Source of the DNA: Candidatus Bathyarchaeota archaeon
Lineage (GTDB): Archaea; Thermoproteota; Bathyarchaeia; Bathyarchaeales; Bathycorpusculaceae
Reading direction: 5' to 3'
Length of the DNA: 64,000 nt
Assembly: GCA_963717465.1 (NCBI GenBank)
Contig: OY970340.1
Coordinates: forward strand, 992,001-1,056,000
Of this stretch, positions 29,497 through 40,239 are shown piece after piece. How positions within the stretch are numbered: the first letter of the stretch is position 1; every line of letters starts with the position of its first letter. Both the position numbers and the translations under genes were made by a program. The notes below the pieces were generated by a model that saw only the letters and a program-made list of their open reading frames with translations, was not told the DNA's origin and did no database searches.

Positions 29497-30776
29497 TATT
29501 GCGCCACCTTCATTTTTCTCAGCACCGTCATTGGTAGTGTTGCTAAACCGAAATCATCTTGGAGAAGTTCTTGTTTGATTTTCTTTACTTTGATTTTGTT
29601 CTTCATTAAATAAAACAGGGTTCCAGCCCGTTCAATATCATTAATTAATGTTAATCCCACTATTTCGTCATCTTTGAGGACGATTTTCTTGTAAACAGTC
29701 TTAGCCGTGTCTAATTTGGTTAGGACTTCATATGGTGGTTCATCCTTGCCGTTTGCCATGCCTATGGAGATTATTGGGATGTTAAAGTACTTCAGAGAGC
29801 TCATGTTCGTGCCCCCTGCATACTCGGTTTTGCGTCCTGCCATGTTGTAACCTGCAATTCTTCCTTCCAAGGTGGCTAGTGGCCAAAGTGGCAAGAGGCG
29901 ATTTTGGTTAAGAATGAAGTCATATGTTTCTGCTACGTCGCCGCTGGCGTAAACGTCTGGAACGCTTGTCTGCATGAAATTGTCAACGATTACTCCTCTG
30001 TTTGTTCTGATTTGGGTGCCTGCGACAAGCTCTGTTCTGGGAACAACGCCGATGGCAACAACCACTAAGTCGCATAGAATCTGATAACCGTTGGTCAAAA
30101 TAACGCTGCCAACAGCTGTTTCTCTGTCGGGTTTTGCCAAGATTTTCTGGACAGATTGCCCTGTTACAATGCTAACGCCCGCTTTCCTGATGACACCTTC
30201 AACAAGGCTGGACGCTTTAGAGTCTAACAGTAGGCTGAGAATTCTATCCTGCAACTCTACAACTGTGACTCTTAAGCCTCGTTTAACAAGAGCTTCAGTA
30301 ACGCTAATACCGATTAAGCCTGCGCCGATAACCACTGCGCTTTTTGCTTTGATAGCATCTATTTTTTCAGCTAAGCGCTCGGCATCTTTGAATGTTGTGA
30401 AAGTAAACACGTTTTCTTTATCCTGCCCTTCAATATTAGGGACGAATGGTTTGCCGCCTGTTGCAAGAAGCAGTTTCTCATAGGCGACTTTTTCACCGGT
30501 TTCCAACGTGACGGTTTTATCAGCAAGGTTTAACGCCGTTGCCTTAATACCTGTGAATTCCTGAACATTCTTGCTCTTCCAGAAATCGTCCGTGCGACAT
30601 TTCATCTTATTAAAGTCTGCTTTGCCGCTGACGAAGTCGCTAATCATCGGTCTAGAATATTGTGGGCAGGGCTCTTCAGAGATTATTGCCATTGTACCTG
30701 CCTGGTCGACTTCACGAATGGCTTCAACTGCACCTATTCCAGCTGCAGAAGCGCCGACTATAACGTATTTTACCAT
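29496..30776 (-). CDS. NAD(P)/FAD-dependent oxidoreductase, probable electron donor to glutamate synthase
   Basis: YSRPMIS, LLLATGG, IGAGLIG, VYASGD motifs; operon position. Confidence 0.87.
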   Translation of the reverse strand: MVKYVIVGASAAGIGAVEAIREVDQAGTMAIISEEPCPQYSRPMISDFVSGKADFNKMKCRTDDFWKSKNVQEFTGIKATALNLADKTVTLETGEKVAYEKLLLATGGKPFVPNIEGQDKENVFTFTTFKDAERLAEKIDAIKAKSAVVIGAGLIGISVTEALVKRGLRVTVVELQDRILSLLLDSKASSLVEGVIRKAGVSIVTGQSVQKILAKPDRETAVGSVILTNGYQILCDLVVVAIGVVPRTELVAGTQIRTNRGVIVDNFMQTSVPDVYASGDVAETYDFILNQNRLLPLWPLATLEGRIAGYNMAGRKTEYAGGTNMSSLKYFNIPIISIGMANGKDEPPYEVLTKLDTAKTVYKKIVLKDDEIVGLTLINDIERAGTLFYLMKNKIKVKKIKQELLQDDFGLATLPMTVLRKMKVAQ

Positions 30777-30777
30777 G

Positions 30778-31221
30778 TTAGGACTTCACCTCTTTAAACT
30801 CCAACGCTTGATTAGGGCAGTTTGCCACGCACGCTGGAGTCTTTAGGTCTTGGCAAAGGTCGCATTTAGCGATAATTTTATTCTGCTGGTCCATCTTTAC
30901 TGCGCCGTACGGGCATACCATGATGCAAGTCCAGCAGCCCATGCATTTCTCAGGGTTATGAATCACTTGGCCTGTTTTCTGGTCTTTTTGCATTGCTCCT
31001 GAGAGGCAAGCGGCTACGCATGCGGGATCCTCGCAGTTTCGGCATTGGATGGAGAATGAGATTGGTTTCTTCACTTCAAGCCTTATTCTGCTTATAGGTC
31101 GAGGGTTTTCCCTATTGTACGCTTTTATTGGATCTTTTGATTTTGAGTGTTGAACTATGCAGTAAACTTCGCATAATCCACATCCCATACATGCTTCTTG
31201 CTTGGCGATTATCTTTTTCAT
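30778..31221 (-). CDS. 4Fe-4S dicluster protein (CooF/HydN-like)
   Basis: Four Cys clusters: CMGCGLC, CRNCEDPAC, CMGCWTC..CP, KCDLC..CP. Confidence 0.9.
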   Translation of the reverse strand: MKKIIAKQEACMGCGLCEVYCIVQHSKSKDPIKAYNRENPRPISRIRLEVKKPISFSIQCRNCEDPACVAACLSGAMQKDQKTGQVIHNPEKCMGCWTCIMVCPYGAVKMDQQNKIIAKCDLCQDLKTPACVANCPNQALEFKEVKS

Positions 31222-31283
31222 TATTAAACCTCGCTTCTTTTCCGCTTAGCGTGGACAAGTAATCATCAAAATATGAAGTTCAA

Positions 31284-31489
31284 CGTCACTTGTACATGAG
31301 ATCGCGTCACTTGTACTTATTTCATCAGAGTTTTTTACTATTGATTTGCAAGTGTTCAGCGGCATTTTTTCACTTCTTTTTTGCGGATTAGCCCATTTAA
31401 GTGCCATGTATTCTATATAACTTTGTTGAAAATCATTTATATGCAGGCTAATGAAATATGTAGTATATATGAAATATATGTACAAGTGA
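31284..31489. promoter_or_regulatory. Repeated TCACTTGTAC motif between the glt operon and its divergent regulator
   Basis: CGTCACTTGTAC at 31284-31295 and 31305-31316; inverted GTACAAGTGA at 31480-31489. Confidence 0.6.
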
Positions 31490-31495
31490 GCGGAA

Positions 31496-32599
31496 ATGGC
31501 AGAAAAAGACCTAGGTTACAGACGCGTCCAATGCACAGGACGAGGCTCATACATAATATCATTACCCAAAGAATGGGTGGAAGACTTAGAATTAAAACGC
31601 GGAAGCGAAATCGCCTTCAGCATCCAACCAGATTCCACACTAACACTCGTACCGAGAAAATTAAAGGAAAAAGAGGGCAGAGACGAATCAGCCAAACTCA
31701 AAGAGTACTACATCAGCGTTAACCCAAAAGAAGACCCACAGTCAACATTACGCATGATCCGAGCATTGTACGCTATCGGCGCTGACATCATACGGATACA
31801 TTTTAAGAACGTTGAAGACGTCGCAAAATACAAAGCTCAAACGAAAAATTTTGTTCGTGACAACTTCTTAGGTTCAGAAATAATAGATGAGGCACCAGAC
31901 GAAATTACCCTGCAAATTCTAATCAAACACTCTGAGTTTCCCATTGAAAAAGCAGTAAGAAGAATGGCAATTGTGGCTCTTGCAGCCAACCGCGATGCTA
32001 TTGCCGCGTTAAAAGACCAAAGCACCACGCTATTTGACAGCGTAATTAACGCCCACAATGATGTTGGCCGACTTGGATTGTACGTTGTTCGTCAGCTGAA
32101 GTATGGAATTGAACGAAACCTGTACCGTGAACTCGGATTTAAAACTCCTAAAGAGTTTCTCCTCTACCGAATAGCAGTCAATGACATCGAAAACATAAGC
32201 GAAAACGCAATAAACATAATAAACAATCTACGTGCACTGCAAAAGTTAATCGAGGAAGAAGCACTTTTCATAAAAGACCCCTTAGATGAAGAAATTTATA
32301 ATCAACTGGCCAATTTCAGTTCTCTATCGCATCAACTGTACGAAGATGCTATAAAAGCACTCTTTAAAAGAGAATATAAAGATGCAGAAAAACTGATTTC
32401 TAAACGCGAATCCCTGATTCCGCTTGAAAACGAGTTAATTATGCTGATGTCCAGCAAGAAAATCGATCCTAACGTAATCTCACTTCTAAGATTAATCTTT
32501 GACAGCACAAGACGAATAATGGATTACAGCAGAAATATGGCTGAACTAACATTGAACAGGACAGTAGAAGAAATATGCTCAACACTCACTTCAAAGTAG
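31496..32599 (+). CDS. AbrB-PhoU family regulator
   Basis: RRVQCTGRGSYIISLPKEWV AbrB-like N-terminus; two PhoU-like helical repeats. Confidence 0.88.
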   Translation: MAEKDLGYRRVQCTGRGSYIISLPKEWVEDLELKRGSEIAFSIQPDSTLTLVPRKLKEKEGRDESAKLKEYYISVNPKEDPQSTLRMIRALYAIGADIIRIHFKNVEDVAKYKAQTKNFVRDNFLGSEIIDEAPDEITLQILIKHSEFPIEKAVRRMAIVALAANRDAIAALKDQSTTLFDSVINAHNDVGRLGLYVVRQLKYGIERNLYRELGFKTPKEFLLYRIAVNDIENISENAINIINNLRALQKLIEEEALFIKDPLDEEIYNQLANFSSLSHQLYEDAIKALFKREYKDAEKLISKRESLIPLENELIMLMSSKKIDPNVISLLRLIFDSTRRIMDYSRNMAELTLNRTVEEICSTLTSK

Positions 32600-32807
32600 C
32601 CTACAGAGAGTTTATACTTTAGCAATACTAACTAAAGTAGTGGCACAACTGCAAGTTGTCTTAAAATAGCTTTTTTAGAGCACTTGTTCAGATGATGTAT
32701 GGAACTCTGCGAGGTTTCAGCCTGTGCAATTTGGTACATGGTTTTTCGGAGCCCTTGCTTCGTTGTTCCGAAACCTAAAATAAGCTGGTAACAAAAAGTA
32801 TAGCGTC

Positions 32808-34077
32808 TTGAGGAAAGATTTAGTGTCATCGATAATTGAAGACCTTATTGCCCGAAAAGTGTTCAATAATCGGGGAGAGGAAACCATAGAAGTTGACGTT
32901 ATTACAACTTCAGGTTTCGGTCGAGCTTCAGCGCCCAGCCGGAAAAAGCCGTGGGAAAGCCGAAGTAATTTATTATCCTCAAGGTGGAATTGATCAAGCA
33001 ATTAAGAAGGTTGACGAGTTAATTACTCCAGAATTGGCGGGGTTAAACTCTGATTCTCAAGAAGAAATAGATTCTACACTTCATGAGATAGATGCCACTA
33101 CAAACTTCAAGAACATTGGCGGAAACACTGCTTTTGCAATTTCCTTAGCTAACGCTGAAGCAGCAGCGAATTCGCATGGGCTTTTGCTTTTCCAGTTTTT
33201 AGGCGGAAATTCCGCTACTGCATTGCCTTTTCCGCTTGGAAACTGCATAAGCGGTGGATTGCATGCAAGGGGCAAATCGCCCGATATTCAAGAATACCTT
33301 GCGTTGCCACATGGCGCTGAGACTTTTCTTGAAGCAGCCACTGCAAATACCCAAATTCACAAGAAAATTGGTGACGCGCTGAAGAAGAAAGATAGCAACT
33401 TTAACGGTGGAAAAAGCGATGAGGGTGCATGGATTGCCAATGTTGACACGGTTGACGCTTTTGAAGTCATAGCTAAAGCCTGCGAGGAAGTGGGTAATGA
33501 GCTTGATTTTGAATGCGGTTTTGGTTTAGATGTTGCTGCTTCAAGTTTATGGAAAGAAAAAGATGAAGTTTACAATTACGGTAACGAGGGCAAAAAACGG
33601 GACAGTGGCGAGCAGCTTGAGTTTATTTTGGAATTAATCGAGAAATATCATCTATCTTATGTTGAAGATCCCTTTAACGAAGATGATTTTAAAAGTTTCG
33701 CTGAGCTTACTAAAAAAGCGAAAAATTGCCTCATTTGCGGCGATGATTTGTTCACAACTAACACTGAAAGGTTAAATAATGGAATAAAGATTAACGCGGG
33801 AAACGCAATCATAATAAAAGTCAACCAAATAGGTACACTTACAGACGCAATAGAAACGATTGAAACGGCGCAGAAAAGTGGTTACGTACCCGTAGTGTCT
33901 CATCGTTCAGGTGACACATGCGACTGGCACATAGCTCATTTAGCAGTGGGTTTAAAGTGCCCTTTAATTAAAACAGGCGTAGTTGAAGGCGCAAGAATCG
34001 CCAAGATAAACGAGCTAATAAGAATTGAGCATTTCCTTGGAAACAGGGCTAAAATGGCAAATCTAAAAGTAAAATAA
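32808..34077 (+). CDS. eno: Enolase; one frameshift near 32936 (extra C), probably a sequence error
   Basis: ARKVFNNRGEETIEVDV, GDDLFTTN, IKVNQIGTLT, SHRSG, IKTG motifs. Confidence 0.93.
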
Positions 34078-34093
34078 AATTGAAGTGTAAAAA

Positions 34094-34822
34094 ATGTCTG
34101 AGGACAAAATAAGAGAAAATTCAACAATAGATCAAGAAGAAACTGATCCTACTCAAACATCTGAAACAAAAGTTGAAGTGAAAAATCAGGAATCACAGCC
34201 AGCAGAGGAGCTTTTGCTTCCACGAGACGCATTGTTATCTGCGGGAATTCATATCGGCACTAGGATGAAAACGCTGGATATGGAGCCCTTCATTTATCGT
34301 GTCAGACCTGATGGATTATTCGTTTTGGACGTTAAAAAAACTGATGACCGAATTAGAATTGCAGCCAAATTCCTTGCACGTTATGAACCAGCAAAAGTAG
34401 CCTTGGCAGCAACAAGGCTTTACGCTCAGGAACCAATAAAGAAATTCTGCGAGATAACTGGATCGACACCGATTATCGGCAGGTTTATTCCAGGGCAAAT
34501 CTCCAACCCGCAATATCCCAATCGTATTGACCCAGAAGTAATCGTAGTTTCAGACCCAAGAGCAGATGCTCAAGCAGTGAAAGAAGCCTCAAAAGTCGGC
34601 ATTCCAATAGTTGCCTTATGCAGCACTGACAACGAGTTCGCCGGTGTAGACTTAGTTATTCCAACCAACAATAAGGGCAGACGAGCATTAGCCGTAATAT
34701 TCTGGTTGCTGGCACGACAGATTCTGCGTGAACGAGGCGAATTAGCAGCAGACAAAGACCCAACAACAACAATCGATGATTTCGAAGCCAAGGTTTCAAG
34801 AGAAGAGGAGGAGGAAATCTAA
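34094..34822 (+). CDS. rps2: 30S ribosomal protein S2 (uS2)
   Basis: AGIHIGTR, RFIPG, IPTNNKGRRAL motifs. Confidence 0.97.
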   Translation: MSEDKIRENSTIDQEETDPTQTSETKVEVKNQESQPAEELLLPRDALLSAGIHIGTRMKTLDMEPFIYRVRPDGLFVLDVKKTDDRIRIAAKFLARYEPAKVALAATRLYAQEPIKKFCEITGSTPIIGRFIPGQISNPQYPNRIDPEVIVVSDPRADAQAVKEASKVGIPIVALCSTDNEFAGVDLVIPTNNKGRRALAVIFWLLARQILRERGELAADKDPTTTIDDFEAKVSREEEEEI

Positions 34823-34826
34823 TAGT

Positions 34827-35681
34827 TTGCCCGTGATTCGGCGCCCAACTGTAGCTGGACAATTTTATGAAGGGACTGCTGAATCACTTAGGACACAAGT
34901 TACCTCTTGCTTTCTTCACCCGTTAGGTCCAAAAAAACTTCCAGCCGTCAACATGCATGACCACCCACGAAGAATAGTTGGCTTGGTTTCTCCACACGCG
35001 GGCTACATGTATTCTGGTCCTGTTGCAGCACATGGTTATTATGAGTTAGCTTTAGACGGACTGCCAGACACAGTAGTAGTTATGGGTCCTAATCATACTG
35101 GCTATGGCGGCGGCTTAGGACTTATGCGTGAGGGCACTTGGCGTACGCCGCTTGGAGATGTGCAAGTGGATTCTGCTTTGGCAGATGAGATTTTGCATGA
35201 ATCGCGCATCGTTGACGTGGATGAACTGGCCCATCGTTACGAGCATTCGATTGAGGTTCAACTCCCGTTTCTTCAATTCCTGTACGGTGATAAATTCAAG
35301 ATTGCGCCAATCTGCTTCCAAATGCAAGACATCGAAACTGCAACCGATGTTGGAAAAGCTCTAGTTAAAGTTCTAGCCACGAGAAACGCGGTAGTTATTG
35401 CCTCCTCAGATTTAACACATTATGAACCACAGAAAAACGCTTCCGCAAAAGATCACGAAGCCTTAGAAAAAGTGATAAACTTGGATGTTAAAGGCTTTTA
35501 TCAGGTTCTTGAATCCAAAAGAGTCACTGCTTGCGGTTTTGCCCCAATTGCCGCAGCGATGACTTATGCTAAAGGCGTCGGTGTGAAGGAAACTAGGCTC
35601 CTAAGTTATCAAACAAGCGGAGACATAACAGGCGACCATTCCAGTGTAGTTGGTTATGGTTCAGTAGTTTTTAAGAAATAA
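34827..35681 (+). CDS. amrB: MEMO1 family protein (AmmeMemoRadiSam protein B)
   Basis: RRPTVAGQFY, PHAGYMYSG, GPNH, EHSIEVQLPFLQ, ASSDLTHY motifs. Confidence 0.92.
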   Translation: MPVIRRPTVAGQFYEGTAESLRTQVTSCFLHPLGPKKLPAVNMHDHPRRIVGLVSPHAGYMYSGPVAAHGYYELALDGLPDTVVVMGPNHTGYGGGLGLMREGTWRTPLGDVQVDSALADEILHESRIVDVDELAHRYEHSIEVQLPFLQFLYGDKFKIAPICFQMQDIETATDVGKALVKVLATRNAVVIASSDLTHYEPQKNASAKDHEALEKVINLDVKGFYQVLESKRVTACGFAPIAAAMTYAKGVGVKETRLLSYQTSGDITGDHSSVVGYGSVVFKK

Positions 35682-35777
35682 ACAGAAATTCAAATTCGTA
35701 ACAATTATGCTATACTTTTGTAATATCCTATTGCTGAAATCAGCCAAAAATTAATTTAGAGCTTAAAAATGTTGAAG

Positions 35778-35853
35778 TAGCGGGGACTAGATTTGAACTA
35801 GTGATCTCTGGGTTATGAGCCCAGCGGGTTAATCCTGGCTACCCCACCCCGCT
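35778..35853 (-). tRNA. Initiator tRNA-Met (CAT), CCA not encoded
   Basis: Minus strand AGCGGGG...CTGGGCTCATAACCCAG...GTTCAAATC..CCCCGCTA; A1-U72 pair and three G-C pairs in the anticodon stem. Confidence 0.96.
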
Positions 35854-35963
35854 ATATTTCATTTCTTTGTTCTTTTGGGTGAGTCAGTAATACTTCGTTG
35901 TCGAATATTAATAGTTTCTTTTTTTGTTTTAGCAAAAACATTTTAGTGTCGTAATTTAATTCT

Positions 35964-36656
35964 ATGCAAAGGTGCAGTTTGCTTATGGATAAGCCGTATT
36001 TGCGTGAGATTAGTCGTCCAACTCTTGATAATCCAGTGTTCATTCAAGGTCTTCCAGGGTTTGGCAATGTTGGTAGGATAGCAGCTCATCTTCTCATAAA
36101 GTTCTGTGAAGCCAAGCCTTTTGCGGAGTTGTATTCTCCTTATTTTCCTGACTATGTTTCGGTTACTTCAAAGGGCATTTGTGATTTGCCAAAATATGAT
36201 TTCTATTACGCAGTGTTTGAGAAAAATACTCTGGTAATAATGACTGGTGATGTTCAGCCTTCGTTTGATGATGTTGTTACGCATTATACGATTTGCGATG
36301 AAGTGTTGAATTTTGCGGAGACTTTAGGCTGCCGTTTTATCGTAACAATGGGCGGAGTACCCATAACAGAAGACAAAACCCAAGTATACATCGCCGCTAC
36401 ATCGCCCAAGCTTGCAACCGAGTTTATGGATAAAGGCGCTGTGATTTACAGCAAAGGTCGAATAGTCGGCGGCACAGGGCTCATGTTGGCGCTGGCGAAA
36501 GAAAAAAAAATTGATGGCGTCTGCTTGTTAGGAACCACGACTGGTTTCAATGCCGATCGCGAAGCTGGGCTTTCTGTCTTCAAGTTCTTGATGAAATCTT
36601 TAGGCAAAGAAATAAAAGAAGGGCTGAAAGAAAACAATGCAGTTGATCAGGATTAA
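35964..36656 (+). CDS. PAC2 family (proteasome assembly chaperone-like) protein; likely start 35985
   Basis: GLPGFGNVGRIA, TGDVQP, VTMGG, IVGGTGLML, VCLLGTT motifs. Confidence 0.88.
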   Translation: MQRCSLLMDKPYLREISRPTLDNPVFIQGLPGFGNVGRIAAHLLIKFCEAKPFAELYSPYFPDYVSVTSKGICDLPKYDFYYAVFEKNTLVIMTGDVQPSFDDVVTHYTICDEVLNFAETLGCRFIVTMGGVPITEDKTQVYIAATSPKLATEFMDKGAVIYSKGRIVGGTGLMLALAKEKKIDGVCLLGTTTGFNADREAGLSVFKFLMKSLGKEIKEGLKENNAVDQD

Positions 36657-36676
36657 CAGGGTGCAGTGAACTGTAT

Positions 36677-36919
36677 ATGGCTAAAGATGATAAAACTAAA
36701 GATGGTGGCAGTAGCAGATTAGCAGAGTCGCGAGTCCTTAAAATGGTCTTGATACTATTGTCCATTTTACTAATCTTTGTTGGTCCAACGTATATTCCGT
36801 ATTTGATGATACATCACTTATATCTCGACTTTGCAGCTTCAATGATATTTGGTTTAGCGCTTTTCGTAGTAGGCATAGTAATGATGGCTTTTCTCGTTAG
36901 AAAGAATATAGTTAATTAA
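36677..36919 (+). CDS. Small two-TM membrane protein
   Basis: Two hydrophobic segments around GPTY; follows PAC2 gene. Confidence 0.65.
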   Translation: MAKDDKTKDGGSSRLAESRVLKMVLILLSILLIFVGPTYIPYLMIHHLYLDFAASMIFGLALFVVGIVMMAFLVRKNIVN

Positions 36920-37104
36920 ATTAGCATTTGCCTCAGATACCCTAGGGTGCATCATCAGTTCAGCATTTTGGATTCTTCATCGGCGTTTTCTAGTGGCATA
37001 CTCAGTATTATTAAGCATTCTTTTGGTTTCCAAAAAAGAGAATCTGAAATACATTCTTTGAATACATAAAAGACATATTAGATATTACCCGAGAAATAGG
37101 AAGT

Positions 37105-37689
37105 ATGCAGGCAAACAGCAGAAAAAGGCTCGAAGAAATAGCTTTTAAAAACGATGAAGCGCGAAGAACCACTATTATCCTTGATAAAGCTGAAAGAGAC
37201 TTTGTTGATTCGCTAATTAAAGAAGGCAAAGAACCAGGGATTAAACCGCTTATCTCAAAAATGCTTGAAGTGTATAGAAGCATGGCGATTTATGAATGGC
37301 GTTTTCCCGGAGAATACTATTTTGGGATAAGCCGAGTTGGCTTTGTAAATGTTGAATTATTAAATATTCTCATCCAACAAATTCCAAAAGAGAAATGGGT
37401 TGCAATAGGAAAAAAAATGGGCGACGCACTAAAGGTTTCTATTGAAACAACCATAGGCGTCGATTCAGGCAAGAAAGAGAATTGGGACAGCGTATTTTCA
37501 CGCTTAAAAGTTCAGGGATTTGGAGATTTCGCCCTGAAAGACAAGTACCTGCTTCTAAAAACACCACTAATTAATTGCGCGGAAATTTGTGAAGGAATGA
37601 TGGAGAGCCTATTAGGAGTAGAACTAGAAACAAAAAATTCAGCTTCGCCTATTGTTTTTGAAATAAAAACCAAAATGCATTCTAACTAA
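37105..37689 (+). CDS. Hypothetical protein, possibly RHH-like N-terminus plus V4R-like domain
   Basis: 194 aa; RRTTIIL strand then two helices; IGKKMG, GFG, GMMESLLG resemble V4R-like folds. Confidence 0.6.
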   Translation: MQANSRKRLEEIAFKNDEARRTTIILDKAERDFVDSLIKEGKEPGIKPLISKMLEVYRSMAIYEWRFPGEYYFGISRVGFVNVELLNILIQQIPKEKWVAIGKKMGDALKVSIETTIGVDSGKKENWDSVFSRLKVQGFGDFALKDKYLLLKTPLINCAEICEGMMESLLGVELETKNSASPIVFEIKTKMHSN

Positions 37690-37705
37690 TGAATTATTTC
37701 GACAA

Positions 37706-37840
37706 TTAAATATTAAGGAAACACTTTATAAGGAAGACAGCAAATGGTGTCTTCCAGTGATTAACAATGAGGGATTGCGTTCATACAAGGCGATTGCATT
37801 CATCTGGAATAAAAGCAATCCAGAAAATCAGCGTCTAAAA
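37706..37840 (+). promoter_or_regulatory. Conserved promoter/leader element upstream of his operon with 23-aa uORF (37767-37838)
   Basis: Four ordered blocks shared with 52630-52761; uORF MRDCVHTRRLHSSGIKAIQKISV. Confidence 0.7.
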
Positions 37841-37878
37841 ACGAAAAACTATTTTATATTAGGCACAAAACCTCAAAA

Positions 37879-37917
37879 AACGATTTTTTCGAAACAATTT
37901 TTGAATAAAAAATCGTT
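37879..37917 (+). terminator. AT-rich inverted repeat with oligo-T tracts between leader and hisG; possible attenuator/terminator
   Basis: AACGATTTTTT (37879-37889) is the exact reverse complement of AAAAAATCGTT (37907-37917). Confidence 0.45.
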
Positions 37918-37950
37918 CAGTTGTATCTCTCAAAAATTAGGTGTTAAAAA

Positions 37951-38954
37951 ATGGAAAAATTAAAATTTGCCATACCAGCTGGCTCCTTATCAAAAGCAAC
38001 CTATGAAATATTTGCGCGTTCAGGCTACAAGATTACAGGGCAAGAACGCACTTATAGACCTACAATAAATGACCCTAGAATTGAATTAAAAATTCTGCGA
38101 CCGCAAGAAATCCCGTTCTTTGTAAGTGAAGGCTTACAGGATGCGGGAATCACTGGACAGGATTGGGTCAGGGAAACCAAAGTTGACGTTGAAGTAGTTC
38201 AGAACTTGGAGTACGGGAAAATCAGGTTAGTCGTTGCTGTACCAAAAAGTTTGAGTGAAATCGGCTCTATGTCTGCCATCATGGAGAATGTTTGGAGCAA
38301 AGGAAAAAACTTCCGCGTTTCAACCGAGTACCTCAACATTGCATCAGAATACATAAAAAGCAATGCATCGTACAAGAAGCGGTTTGGAAATTCTGATCCG
38401 ATAATTGTTACTCCCTGGTGGAGGAAAGGTGACAATCCGCGAGCAAAAATATTCCTGTCTTTTGGCGCTACTGAAGCTAAACCGCCAGAAAACTCTGACT
38501 GCATCATCGACGTAACTGAAACAGGGTCAACGCTTGAAGCGAACAACCTGAAAATAATTGAAACAGCCATGGAGTCCTCAGCTGTCCTTATAGCAAACAA
38601 GAAATCGCTTGAAGACCCTGAGAAAAAAGAAAAAATCTTTCGACATAATGACCCTGCTCAAAGGCGTTGTAGATGGCTCTAAGCGAATTCACATTTTCGT
38701 TAACGTGCGCAAGGTAAACCTACAAAAACTGTTAACATCGCTGCCTGCATTAAAGAATCCTACAATTGCACCTTTGGCAGATGAGAATTGGTGTTCAGTT
38801 AACACGGTCATTGAAAAAGACTCACTTAATCGAGCTTTTGCCAAAAATACGCAAGCTTGCCCAAGGATTAGTAGTTTATGAGCCAAGGCAGGTTCTGGCA
38901 TTGGATGAAATAAGCTTAAGAGAAGAAAAATCATGCCAAAACAAATCCAAATAA
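37951..38954 (+). CDS. hisG: ATP phosphoribosyltransferase, long form; two frameshifts (~38640, ~38829)
   Basis: RPQEIP, DAGITG, GATEAKP, DVTETGSTL..N.L; C-terminal PALKNPTIAPL. Confidence 0.93.
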
Positions 38955-40239
38955 GAGTTTGGGAAGCCAAAAATTTACCTTCCAACTGGCTTAAGCGTCA
39001 ATCAATCGACCAAAAAGACGACATGCAAGTGGAAAATAGTGTTAAGGATCGTTATAAAGCAAGTAGTCGAAAAAGGCAACGAGGCACTAATAGAGTTAAC
39101 CGAGAAATTTGATAAAGCAAAATTAACCGCCGAAACTCTCAGAGTTACAACTGAAGAAATAAAGGAAGCCTACAAATCAGTAACCAAAGAACAAGTCAAA
39201 GCACTCAAACTAATGAAGGACAGAGTTAAAGCTTTTGAACAATCACAAATAAACAAAACCAAAACAGAAACAATCCGCAACGGCATCACCATCCAAACCG
39301 TTCTTAAGACCTCTTGAAAGCGTCGGTTGCTATGTTCCTGGCGGGCAAGCAGTTTACCCAAGCACGTTAATAATGACTGCGACTCCAGCTAAAGTTGCCG
39401 GTGTCCCAAGAATTGTTGCTTGTTCACCGCCAAACGCGGATGGAAAAGTTAACCCGCTAATTCTTGTCGCTGCTGACCTTTGCGGAGTTGACGAAGTGTA
39501 CAAGGTTGGTGGAGCCCAGGCAATTGCTGCTTTAGCTTATGGGACAGAAACGATAAAGCCTGTGCGAAAAATCGTTGGTCCAGGCAGCAAGTATGTGACG
39601 ATGGCCAAGGTTCTTGTTTCAAGAGATGTCGCCATTGATATGCCGGCTGGTCCAAGCGAAGTTCTCATTTTGGCTGATGATTCTGCTGATCCAAAGCTTA
39701 TCGCGTACGACATGATTTCACAAGCAGAACATGGAAGTGACAGCGTCTCAGCACTCATAACCACTTCACAAGGAAATCGCAAATCAAGTCCAGGAAAACC
39801 TCACTGAACTGGCAAATTTAGCGGAAAGAGGTGAAAAAGTTGCTGCGTCACTGGAGAAATACGGGTTCATAATTACTTGTGACAGACATGGATCAAGCAA
39901 TAAGCCTAACTAACGAGTTTGCATCTGAACACCTTGAAGTTATGACGGCTAAGCCTAAGGAAACCGCCAAAAAACTCACTGCAGGATTAATCTTGATAGG
40001 CCCATACTCTCCAGTTGCATTAAGCGATTATGCCGTTGGAACAAATCATGTGTTGCCCACAGCAGGCTTCGCACACTCATTCTCAGGTTTATCCGTTTTC
40101 GATTTCATGAGACGCGTTAACATTGTTGAAAGTTCAAAAGACGGATTAACAAAAGTGAAAGACATCAATTGAAGTCTTGACAAAAGCAGAAAACCTTCCC
40201 AATCACTACAAAGCAATAGACGCAAGGTTCAAGAAATGA
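38933..40239 (+). CDS. hisD: Histidinol dehydrogenase; several frameshifts
   Basis: [52 protein letters not shown] across frames. Confidence 0.93.

Noticed and set aside
37766..37790. Canonical T-box riboswitch in the his/ilv leaders (AATGAGGG resembles the start of a T-box)
   Set aside because: The essential TGGNACC bulge is absent, no cognate specifier loop is visible, and the element is short
37757..37963. ORFs 37757..37963 and 52612..52797 sharing NEGL and RLK as protein-coding genes
   Set aside because: Similarity is confined to the nucleotide-identical blocks, starts are weak, and one spans the TATA box; better explained by the DNA/RNA motif, though not fully excluded
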